From: Chrysomallon squamiferum
Taxonomy: Eukaryota; Animalia; Mollusca
Assembly: GCA_012295275.1 (NCBI GenBank)
Contig: CM022671.1
Coordinates: 14,260,001 to 14,324,000 of the forward strand
Reading direction: 5' to 3'
Length of the DNA stretch: 64,000 nucleotides
Shown here: positions 52,563-64,000 of the stretch, piece by piece
Numbering within the stretch: position 1 is the first letter of the stretch
Layout of the letters: the number at the start of each line of letters is the position of its first letter
The notes under the pieces: model-generated
What the model saw: only the letters and a program-made list of their open reading frames with translations
What the model was told of the DNA's origin: nothing
Databases searched by the model: none
Made by a program: the position numbers and the translations under genes

Positions 52563-55102
52563 TATAAAGTTTAAAATACTGTGTATTACATCATATTTTG
52601 GATGTACATACAATATCTGATTTTAATGTAAAATATTTGTTATCCAAGTTTACATGATTAAAAACTGATTTGATAAACTTTGTTTCAGAAAGATGTTAGT
52701 TACAAAAAAAAAAGGATTATTTAAGAAAAATGAAATTGACCTATTACTTCCAGCTAAAACATTTCCTGTAACTACAATTTACAACTGATGATAAAAACGT
52801 ACTTTAGATACCTTTACCCAGATCATTGACATTCTGAGCTTTACAGAAAAATATCCATGGCATTTTCTTCATATACATTGTACACATTTTGAATATTTTG
52901 AACATGCTATACATATATCTGATGCCTAAAATAACAGAGCTACTTGGAGAAGAATTGCCAGTATTAGAGATAATAAAGATTGTTGGTTTGTTACTGGTTT
53001 TGACCAACCGATGTGGTGCATAGGAGCACTGGATATTCTAAGAAAAGAATGAATGTTTCATATTTTGGATTTATTATTTTATATTCAAAATACAAAAATG
53101 GTCTCTAGCAATGCATCCTAGAAAAGTAGCTTTAAACATAAATATTTGATTACCAATAATGATGATTACAAACAAAACAACAATTGGTAAATAACCAATT
53201 TTTATTACGTGTTGTTAATTATCCGTACAGACTAAGTACGACTGTTACTGAAGTACTTAGACATTCACTGAAGTCGGAAGATATTTACAATATTAAAAAT
53301 CACAACACAGACATACTGAAACATCTATTATCACAGCATACAAGAACAATACAGTTACAGAAGGATCTTGTTTTAATATGCTCTACAATAAAAATTGTAG
53401 ATCCCGTCTCTCTCTAATTGATATTTTCCTTTAGAAAAACATTTTCTCAGAAATGTATTGCTACTGTTTTACTGAAATCATCAATCATTTACTCTCCCTT
53501 AGTTCAAACAAATCTACATTTAAACAAATTTCTAAATTATAAGACCTTTAAAAAAATAAATGAATTGTCAGTTTTAATTTTCACTTTTGATGTTATCTGA
53601 ATATTTAAACAATTTACGTTGTTAATAATTACCATAATCCTATGGTTTCAAATATAAACCCTTATATACATTACCTAAACAAAAAAGTTTCTGAGAACCA
53701 GTGAAAAGTGCTTTTAAAAAAGCCTATTAACAATTCTGAGAGAAAAAAATGCACGCAAATTATGTTATCAAGATACACCTTAGGTTCAGTGTTAATCATC
53801 ACACACAGCATTAACACCCATACATTTTGAGAACACAAACGACAGCTATTAATTCACGTATTCCTGATAATCAAAATATAAAATGTATTAGCATACCAGT
53901 ATTTACAAAACCCTCAAAAACAAAAACTCTTTCCTAATAAATACAAACCTGTAATTAAAACAAATCCCACTTACTCCCACTAAAAGGAAACGTTGATGGG
54001 GAAAAACAAGACAGAATGAAAAAAACTGAAAACATACTTCTAAAAACTCTTTTGTGAGTAACTGTTAAGTGATACTGAAAAAAGAAAAAGTGGCAAAACT
54101 TTATGTAGAGCAGATCAGTGGTAGTTACTATCTATAACAGACAAAAAGAAATGGAAAGTGGATCCAATTATAAATAAAATGGCAATATACTGCTTAAAAA
54201 ATTCATTACCCCTGTAATAAATAAATCTTTCAATTCATTTTTTTTTTTTTTTTCCTTTTGTTAAACATACAAAAATGACAGAAACTGATTAAAATGTAAA
54301 CTATTAATTAACTGTCCCTGGAGACAAATTTAAAGTTTAATACAATTATCTCAAAATCTGAGAGAAAATTATTTTTCAGGATCCAGATGACCATTTTTTA
54401 ATTAATACATCTTCCTAATGAATTTCATGAAAATATTAATAAAGAAAAGCAAAGGCAGACTTAACACTTCCGTCAAGCAAAACTCTTTTCCCTGAGAGCC
54501 GGTATGTTTTAGTGAAGTGAATGCTTTTTAGATTAAAGCTAGAAAAATTAGCAATATAAATGAAATAATGACAATGGAACAAAAATAATGTTTTTCTGGA
54601 TACTGGGCATCTCCCCTCCTGCAGGGACAGAAACTTCTTTTTATTACTTTGATGAGATCACTGATGTGTGAAACATTTCATCTGCTCGAACGACTTTAGT
54701 CCTTATCTTTCCATGTAACAGTTTTTGTCCACACAACACATCTGTCACAACAGATGAAATCTGTGTTTTAACAACTTTATTAAACTGTCAGTTTTTGATA
54801 ATCAACAGTTCATTTTGCCTGCCTATTTATTTTGTAATGATAACTTTCTTAATAATAATTACAACAATCTGTGAATATGCGTTTTCTCACAATTTCATTT
54901 ACCAGTCATAGATTCCTAAATTAAACTGAATTTAAATAAATGTGAAATTTGGACACTGTGAGTTTTTTGCATAACAAAATTCTGCAAAATGAAATTCTAC
55001 AGCATTACTACAACAATGTATTACTAGAATTATAAATTATTTTGATAACTGCACCATCACAGTAGAAAATTCACAGTTCAGAATTTATTTTTTACGATGA
55101 AG

Positions 55103-58100
55103 TCACGCCGTCATTTGTGCCTGTGACAAAAGAAAAATAGGATTAATTAGTACAAATTCCTATAAAATCCAAGCTGTTTTAAGACATCTGTCAGTTATGT
55201 ATTTGTAACCGAAATATGTAAATTATTACAATAATGTTAAATATACTCTGCAGTATCTGGTTCATCACAGTGAACATTAGTTGAAAAGACTTGGTACTAA
55301 GGTTTTAATTTTTATACAAATAATAAAATTAATTATGCATGTAAAATGTATCCAGAAACTCTTGTTTGTGTGTGTTTTTCTGTTTATTAAGTGGTACCTT
55401 ATGGTTATGAGAACAGAGGTACCAAAACCATTTCAATGTCAGTCATTCATAATTACATTCTGGTACTGTTGATCTTGCTCTCCCTTTAGTTTTAGTCATC
55501 CTTGGGTGAACTCTTCACCATTTCAAGAAATACAGATGTACAGTATTACTGCCAAAAAACACTACTCTTTTTTTTTTGCAATGCTGACAAAACAAATTAC
55601 ATTTAAAAAAAAACAACCCAGAAATAACATATAAATTCACCTTCTCTGCTGGAACATACTGAACTAGTTTTGACTTGGCTGGTCTGCCTTTGACAATGGC
55701 GTAGCAGAACAACATGATGACCATCATAAAGAGAAAATAGCTGGTGTGCAGGAGGTGCAGATTGATCACTGATTTTTCATGCTTCAAGAAATAAAAGTGA
55801 AAAACAAAATATTAATTTTGCTGTAAATTGTAAGTTTTATAAAAAATATATTTCTGAATTTTTGTTTTTCACATTTTCAGACATAACAAATACAGTGGTA
55901 CCTTGACTTACAAGTTTAATTCGTTCTGTGACCAAGCTCATATCTCAATTTACTCGTATATCAAATCAATTTTACCCAACAGAAATTAATTGAAACAATT
56001 AAAAAAGAAAAATGTATTTATAAATGACAAATATTGTTTAAAAACAAAATAAAAGAGAATGTAAAGAAATAAATTGGTTTTGTAAAGTGTATTTATCTTG
56101 AAGATAAGACAAATTATTTTAAGGCTTTGGCTGGAGTTACAGACTTAATTGACTCTTTCAGCTTCATTATTTAAAAATAATCATTCTGTGAGATTTAAGA
56201 ATTATTTATGTCAGATATGATTCATATACAGAATATAAAAAAAAGAAAAAAAACGAAAAGAAATGCATCCATAAACAGAATTTTATCAAATAGATCATAA
56301 AATATATTACATTATAATGAATTTTATGCATTTTGATGGGTTTTATTATTACACCACTTTATTTGGAAAGGGGTTAGCTCAGTGGTAGGCCTTTCATATT
56401 AATTACAATAAGTTGCAGAATCAATTTATTACTGCTCCAAGTACTGATTCTCAAATTAAGTGCATCAGAAGACAGGTATCACATTCTTTTTAACGTTCTA
56501 TTTCTTCCTGTTTATGTTTCTATACCCTTTTCCATTTTATAGCAAACAGACGTATGTAAAACAGACATCTCTAAAAATAATTATCGACTACATTAAAAGA
56601 GCTCTTCTCACCAAAGAAAGCATAACTGTGAGATCGGGATCCATGTTGTGTTTGACATGTACTACAGGTTTGTTGTTACACCAGACAAAATCCTGTTTCG
56701 ATCTTGCAATCATCTTTACATGCCACTCATGTCCAGAATCATTCACAGCTTGGCAAGTATTAGGCATTCTATAAAATAAAAAAATAAATTTAAAAATTAT
56801 ATTTTATATTGTTCTTTTTATTATTTTTATCATCTGAATCAGTTAATATTTTGTCCCTTTAACATTTAATTTTAAGACTTCCAAAAGACCAATAAAATGA
56901 TTTATTTAGTTATTACATACCACTGCATTACGTGAAATTCCATTCAGTTTCATTCTTTGGGTTGTTTACTGTACTTTCACAATTTTTCTACTTTTGAAGT
57001 GACCATGGTCTACAGTAAAATGGTGCTGACTATGTGTATGCCAATGAAAGACTCATATTATATGTCCATTTACAAAACCTCAAAGTTTTTCAGATGATCC
57101 AGACTGATTAACTGATTATGCTATACTCCCCACAGACAATATTTTTAAACTGGAATAAAATGCTGGCCAGAAATAATTCATATAATACAAATAAACTCAG
57201 AAATCTATAGATTCATGAGAAAACTGGCATCCCTGTGTGAAAAATAAATTAAAACTACTCTTAAAACAGACACATTTTTGCCCAGAATGATCAATACTAA
57301 TGTAAATTATACTGACACATTCTCATATAAATATTTTCATGCAGAAAAAGCTTATTATTTTACATTGTAAACCTGAATTCAAGGTAACATTTAATGTTGT
57401 TATAACTACCTAGTTCTTGGGAAAATTGACAGAGGAGCTTGAAAATTGATACAGGTTGTTATTTTCACTGGGTCGCACACCCCTATTGAGTTGCAGTAAG
57501 TTGTATTCCACTGGTAGGGTAACATCAGCGTCATATTTAAGTCATAGTCTGCTGCAGCACCTGCAAGAATATTATATTTTTATTACAATACTGTCACTGG
57601 CGAATAATATAAAACATTATTATGTATTATTCTAAATGTGAGTGTTTTTCTCTGTAAAGAATCTGATACAAAACAATAATAATTATCCGTTTTTATTTTT
57701 CTTATTTTAAGATATCCATAATTTTTAAAATTTGACTGATTATGTTTTTTCTCTTTGATAATAAAGGTGAAATTTAATCAAAGAATTCATTTTTGGATTC
57801 TTCAAACTGTATATAGTATTATCATAAACAAGTATCTTGTTTTCCTAGATTTCTTTTACATTTCTTCTTCTATTAAGAACATTTTACAAATTAGGAAGGC
57901 AGGAAATTAACATTCTGACTTTAATCCACTACACTGCAGGCAGATTAACATATGTAAACTGCTAACCTGTGAAGCCCAGCTGGTCACCTGTCAGCGAGGT
58001 GGATACATGTGTGATGTTGTGAGGAATGTTCACAAATTCAACTGTTGGGATAACAACAACCACCATACTGACAGACACATTTCTGAACAAAATAATAACA

Positions 58101-59094
58101 GAATGAAAAGAAAATAAAACAAAACTTGTTGAAAGTAAAATCTGCCACTTTGTTGCTGAATATTTTATTTTTTATTTTTATTTTTTACCTTTAAAACAAA
58201 AAAAGCATGGCAATATCGTTAAATCAAAGTTCAGCCAAAATACAGAAGCCTATGAGGGACCCAAAATATACTAGCAGCTTATGGAACCCATAAAATACGC
58301 ATTACACATAATACACGTTTTCAGTTCTCATATTTAATATTAATAGATTATTAATTTAGTAAATGGACTGTTTCAGAATGAACACTATCACTAAAGTTAC
58401 TTTAGGCTAATTTGTATTTGAAATATAATTAAACCTGAAAAATAACTGAGTAAAGGTACATACACTATTGCTTCAGGCTGCAGTGTAGACACTGCAAAAT
58501 CTTGTGAAACAACATGTCGTGTGGATGGCTCATAACCACCATCACTGGAATTGCTCACTACACAGAATTCAACACTGGAGAAACTATCCAGGAATGTATT
58601 CCAGTTCTGGAGAAAAAAAATAAAAACAAGAGGAAAATAAACAATAAAAATAACAATAAACTAAATAACAGTTATATTAAATTGGTACTATTGAATTAAG
58701 AGATAACAAAATGAAACTGAATCAGTTTCTTGCTCTGCAAAAAGTGTAGCATAAAATTAATAATTTAGACATAATGTCAAATCAAAAACATTTAAAAATT
58801 GTCTAAACAGATCAACCAGTGACTTTAAAACCATGGTTTTAAAAATAAAAAATGCAGAACGCTGAATGGTCAAATTTGTATATATTTTAATGGTAACAAT
58901 AATAATAATAACAGTAAGTAAAATAGATATTTTCATACCTCAGTTAGTTCAGTTTTGGGAATGTCCCGCTCACTGACAATATTGGCAAATGTTATAAGAA
59001 CAACAGCAAAAGATGCAAGACATATCATGAAAATAACTAAAGGTGGACGACTGGTTGCAAATCCCTTTAAATTCTCAATTATTGCAATGGCCAT
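55103..59094 (-). CDS. TMEM248: Transmembrane protein 248, about 293 aa; exons 58939-59094, 58464-58606, 57967-58082, 57410-57560, 56612-56768, 55641-55781, 55103-55120
   Basis: MAIAIIENLKGFATSRPPLVIFMICL...TENWNTFL...NITHVST..GDQLG...SVINLHLLHTSYFLFMMVIMLFCYAIVKGRP is colinear with TMEM248 (ENLK..SRPPLVVFMI; LINLHLMHTSYFLFVMVITMFCYAVIKGRP). 882 nt in frame. Confidence 0.93.
55893..56165 (+). mobile_element. Truncated Tc1/mariner-superfamily (pogo/Tigger-like) non-autonomous element
   Basis: Begins TA|CAGTGGTACCTTGACTTACAAGTTTAATTCGTTCTGTGACC..., a Tigger-type terminal sequence following a TA target. No matching right terminal repeat was found, so the right boundary is approximate. Confidence 0.6.
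56371..56430 (+). mobile_element. Degenerate tRNA-derived SINE head
   Basis: Pol III A-box TAGCTCAGTGG at 56375-85 with only a decayed B-box-like segment downstream; no cloverleaf. Confidence 0.3.
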
Positions 59095-59124
59095 GATTCT
59101 GAAAAAAAAAAAATTGAAAAATTG

Positions 59125-59155
<31 letters not shown>

Positions 59156-60299
59156 TAAATATTCGAGATTATAAGATAATAAAATATTTTATTAGTACTG
59201 TATTTATCATAAAAATACTTTCATTTTTATTGTTAATGTTTTGACAATGTTTAAAAATATACATTTTTATAGATTTACCGTATAATCATTTGTTGAACCA
59301 TAAAAAAAAAAAAGGGTAATCTTTATTTCATGGATGTTTAAGAAATTTATATTATTAATTCTAATGAGGCTAGTTTTATATACTGGGTAAGTCACTGTCA
59401 GTCAGTTTTCTGAGTATTAAATAACCTAATTATTAGCCAAAATGACAAATATGTCATTAATGATGTCAACAATCTGAAATATTTTGAAGAAAATTGACAA
59501 TTTTGAATAATAAAAAAGTTTCTTTTTAGAAAAGAGTAGAAAATCGCAATTCGAAAATGCATGCAAAACCAGAATTTAAACTCAAATGTTTATTTTATTC
59601 ATGTAGTTTTTAACATGAAGCTAGAATACCATAATTTCTTTTTCACTACAGTGAAAAGTTGGCACTAACTCTCTAATTGGTCTAGGTTCTTGATAATGGT
59701 AAATAAAGTAATTCTTTAATTTTCTGAGTATTTAACATATCACAGTTAATATTCAGTATGGTCATAATGTTTACTTCTAGTAGTCATTTATAGTCAACAA
59801 TATTTGGAGAAATAACAGATTAATGTTTTCTCGTCAAATGTCTGCAAAATCACGAGAAATATTTCATTCATAAGATCTGATGTGTTATACTTATTTTGAT
59901 GAGGTTGACAATACGTTTATAAATTGGCATATCTATTATTCAAACTATTTTACGTTTACATTTACATGGTTTGTGGTTTACACCTACGAGTTATACTTTA
60001 CGTTATACTTTAACGGTCTTTCTTAATTTATACTTTACACTAAAATTACACTTTTACAGGGATTGCAAAATTCGAATATCTTGTAATCGGGGTAACAGTT
60101 TCTTATAATATCTTTATCCTTTTAAATCGTTGAAAACATGCTAATAAAATATATAAATTCACATCACTGCTGATGATATTTTATACACTGATAGGATATC
60201 TTCACATACGATGATACCTTGATATACGATCATGATGACGATGAAACGATTTTATTTCATGTAGTGTCAAATAAAAATAATGGCACAGTAACAGTTACT

Positions 60300-60645
60300 A
60301 TAAACATTTTACCAGTTTTTGTCAGGGTCTTCCTTGGTTATTTCTTCATCTATATAGCATAATTATAATACAGTAAAAGCTATAACCATTTGAAACCAGT
60401 TGTTAATCAGCCATCTGAAATCATAACGACACGACAGCAAATTACAGTCGCCATTACATTTTGTTTATACTACTTGATTACAACAAGTCACAGTTGAAAA
60501 CTAATGCATTGTATGGAGCATATATAGGTGCAAGTATGTCTTCTAACGTTTTCAAAATTAGTGAAATTGTAGCAAAAAATACAAAATATGTAGAGAGAGA
60601 CTGAGAAAGTGTGTATGCGTATGTGCTTGTTGCATATCATTTAAA

Positions 60646-60678
<33 letters not shown>

Positions 60679-60800
60679 CACTACTAATAATAATTTCAAA
60701 ATTAGAAACATTTATTTTATATTTGTTTTTTATCAGAATAGAAAAAGAAAGTTGATCTATCACACGCATCCGGAAGTACGAGCATCTATGCATACATATA
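60300..60800 (-). promoter_or_regulatory. Probable TMEM248 non-coding first exon and promoter region
   Basis: The ATG exon starts with an acceptor 4 nt before the ATG, so an upstream exon is required. There is a donor-like CTG|GTAAAA on the minus strand at about 60312, CpGs reappear here, and an ETS motif CCGGAAGT lies at 60770-77. Confidence 0.4.
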
Positions 60801-60937
60801 ATATTACTGCTGCTTAGAGGAACCTGGCCCTATTTGCAAATAAATACTGTCATAAAGAACTTTTGTCAAAAATATTATAATTAAGTCGATCAAACATTAA
60901 ACCCTGATGTGTAAACAACTAAAATAACCTAATCTCT

Positions 60938-60938
<1 letters not shown>

Positions 60939-60989
<51 letters not shown>
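60939..60989. repeat. (TAT)n microsatellite
   Basis: Perfect trinucleotide run. Confidence 0.93.
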
Positions 60990-62339
60990 CGAATTTAACA
61001 AAATCTGCTGATATTACTTAATGTAACATTATCCATTTTATTTATTATCTACTTCAACATCAGCTTCATTTTTTCCTGACCTGCCTGCTTGTGCACACAC
61101 AGGATTAAAGTAAAAGTTTTTGTAACAATCAACAACAGCTGCCATGCACCGAACCTGCAGTTTAAGTACTAAAATATTGTATATCAGTGTAGGATTAATA
61201 AAATCATCATGATAATATCGTCTCTTTTAAAACTGTTTAGAATGAAATTTGTTTTATTTTCCTATTATTACTGCTAGTTTTGTTTGTTTGATTTGTTTAT
61301 TGTTGTTTATATGAAAGTTTAAAAAAAAATAATAATAATTACTGGAAGGAAAGAAGAGATGTTTTATCTTACTTGCCTAATTTAATAAGTGATAATTACC
61401 ATTTCAAACAATAAAATAATATAAATATAAATAATAATAATAATAAAAGAATTAACTGTGATGGTGGTGGTGATAATAGTAGTTCTAGTAAGCTGTAATA
61501 AACCAAAGTAAACTGTATTTTGATTTAATCTATATAGGTCACTCCTACTGATGAAACTAAATTGAAAATCTGTCCAAACTTATCTGTTATTTCTTTGTTT
61601 CATATATATGTATATATCATATGCAGCAATCCTAGTTAATTCAAGTTTATAATTAATAAGTAAAATATTCTTTCTGTCGTGTCTCTGTTGTACTCGTGAT
61701 TGCACACTGCATTAACGGTCGTCATCAGACAGTTAAATTACAGTTAAATGATGCAGGTACAGACATCTCAGACATTTAAAAAGCTATGACTCGATTTAGC
61801 TACGGGTTTAAAAACATTACTTATAAATCATCACAGACATTTAAAACCTAATGAGTGGAAACCTAATGACCAAATAATTATATCTTGCAAACTATCCACG
61901 TTTATTATCTTACAGCAGCAGAAAACCTGGAAGTGTTATATTTGAGTATTACGTAGAATGGATTAGACTTAAAATCATTATCTCCTGTAACACTAATTAT
62001 TTACTTAATCTATCACATTTGTTTTCAAGCCATCAAATAATTAAATGTCATTAAAATTTAATATATTAATACCATGAAGTAGTCCGTATAAACTTTAATT
62101 AAAACAAACAAACAAGTAAATAATATAATATAGAATAATATAGTATAGATATGGATATGGATATACACAGGCATACAGAATTATAATTTTTGACATAACC
62201 TAGTAATAATCTGGTTGTAGGAAAGCTTATTTATTAAACAGCATTTTATTTTCACTTTCGACAACACAAACCTCAGTTAATCTGTTATTCTGAAAATAAT
62301 GTTATCAAAGTTCAATTGTAGTAAATAGTTTTCAACGTA

Positions 62340-62799
62340 GGACAACCACGTGATATTGTGTATCTTTTGATCCCCTCCCACTTGTTAATGTCAAACAGAT
62401 CTCAATAGATTAAAACCTACTACATAGCAAAATGCAAGGCCATAGTAAATTGCATTGTTTAACGAAATATTCGTTCCCTCAACCGTCGAACCAATTAAAG
62501 ATTTCATTGTTACTAAATTACGTCTATTCATGCCGAATTCAGCAAATACAATGCATGTGATATTCAGCATGGCGAAGAAATGACGTCAAAACGTAATAAT
62601 CTGATTGGTCAATAGTTGACACTGTCAATCACGAACCACGTGCTAATGTCATTTTCCTTAGTGCTCTGTGTTTTGATCAAGCCGCCCGCCATCTTCTCTA
62701 AGATCCGTTGTTGGAGTTTATTGTCCACATGCACTGAACTTCAGTCTTTAATGTATACTAGTACTTGAATAAAAGTACAGAACTTGACGCTGGGTAGTG
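62340..62799 (+). promoter_or_regulatory. MNT proximal promoter and 5' UTR
   Basis: E-boxes (AAC)CACGTG at 62347 and 62637, a full CRE TGACGTCA at 62581-88, an inverted CCAAT box (CTGATTGG, about 62601) and a YY1-like CGCCATCTT at 62687-95, all just upstream of the ATG. Confidence 0.7.
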
Positions 62800-64000
62800 A
62801 TGAGTCTTGAGACGTTGCTAGAAGCTGCCCAGTACATCGAAGCAACGAAGTGGCGTTCCCCACCCAAAACACGTGGTAAGTTGTTATGCACATGTTTTAG
62901 ATGACATTTGGTCCTCCATTTGATTGAAATCTCAGTTTTATCTTCTGTTTGAAATACATATATTACATTTTTCACAAACAAATTGAAAGCGTCATAAGAA
63001 GACATGCATATTATCACCTTTGAAAATCGATGTTTCTAAGCTAAGATTTTGCTGGTCACTGACAGTGACACGTTAAAAACTTAACGAATATTAAATCTTT
63101 CTGCATTTTGTTTTAGGCGATAATACGTCTCGAGATTTTCATCGATATGCCAAATCAGCACCAGACGATTATAATGGGGACTCGTCTTTGGACAGTCCTG
63201 AAAGAGATGGCGACGACAGCAAAGAAAAGAGGCGAACAGGAGGGTAAGTAGTTGAAACGGGAGCTATTTTAATTGGAAGATGGCTGCTGACGCGTATAGA
63301 CATAAATCGGTTGCTTTATTTTCGCTACCTTACTTAATTCGTTATTTCGTTTTTTACATTATTATTTTTTTTATTAGTTTTACTTTTCAATTGTAGGGCT
63401 GGAACACGCGAAGTGCACAACAAATTGGAAAAAAATCGGTAGGTTGCGATATAGATATTTTTGGAGTTGAACAACAATTTACAGACGAGACATGCGGTGA
63501 GATAAAAATAGAATATGGCAGCTGCAGCGTGGCTTTTGAGTGGCGTGCTCAGTCAGTCTGTCACGTGCTACTGACACGGATGTAAATAAACAGAAACAAA
63601 TAATGACGTTCCACATTTCGTTTGACGCAGATTAATTTTCAAAATAATAGTTGTTAGAAGGAAATTCGTATTTTTTTTTTTTTTTTTTTGAAATAATAAC
63701 AACACTGTCAGAAAACGTATTACATATAGAATTGGAAAACTTTATTATTTATAACGCACACGCACACACACACACACACAAAGAAAAATGATTATTAAAT
63801 GAGATTTTGGTTTCATAGTGTTAGATGATGTTATCTGAGCAGCTACTAAACATGACTACACAGTTTTTATATACAAATTATAATAACATTTTAAAGAATT
63901 AGAATTTATAAATGTTTTAATTTAATTTTTAATTTTCTTTCAGGAGGGCTCATTTAAAAGAATGTTTTGATATTCTGAAGAAACAGATTCCATTTATGGA
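62800..64000 (+). CDS. MNT: MAX-binding protein MNT (Sin3-interaction domain + bHLH-Zip), 3'-partial; exons 62800-62875, 63117-63243, 63397-63438, 63944-64000+
   Basis: MSLETLLEAAQYIE matches the MNT SID (MSIETLLEAARFLE). The spliced GAGTREVHNKLEKNR|RAHLKECFDILKKQIP matches the MNT basic region/helix 1. GT-AG introns are in frame. Confidence 0.95.

Noticed and set aside
56371-56445. tRNA gene
   Set aside because: A-box only; no intact B-box, cloverleaf or anticodon arm.

Overview
Very AT-rich animal (invertebrate) genomic DNA, full of microsatellites and carrying GT-AG introns. A mollusc or other lophotrochozoan is my inference only. Five protein-coding genes alternate in orientation: (1) the 3' part of a T-box transcription factor (+, five exons 7913-18758; its 5' exons appear to lie upstream of the window); (2) a complete 30-exon MORC2 (-, 28980-49664, about 1068 aa); (3) a CUSTOS/C12orf43-like gene (+, 51100-52562); (4) TMEM248 (-, 55103-59094); (5) the 5' part of MNT (+, 62800 to window end). 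The T-box domain (1 to about 25 kb) is CpG-rich and dotted with GC-rich enhancer-like islands, while the housekeeping gene bodies are CpG-depleted. The most notable non-genic structure is a 1.3-kb intronic minisatellite of 38- and 30-bp units that differ in length by one T-box-site-like 8-mer (CTAACACC), located inside the T-box gene itself. Also seen: a hairpin-dense intergenic block, a divergent CTCF-like pair, a candidate truncating cassette exon, an ER/K helix exon in MORC2, E-boxes around MNT, and decayed DNA-transposon/SINE remnants. No tRNA, rRNA or CRISPR array was found. Gene models were spliced by hand; family assignments come from recalled protein motifs, not database searches.
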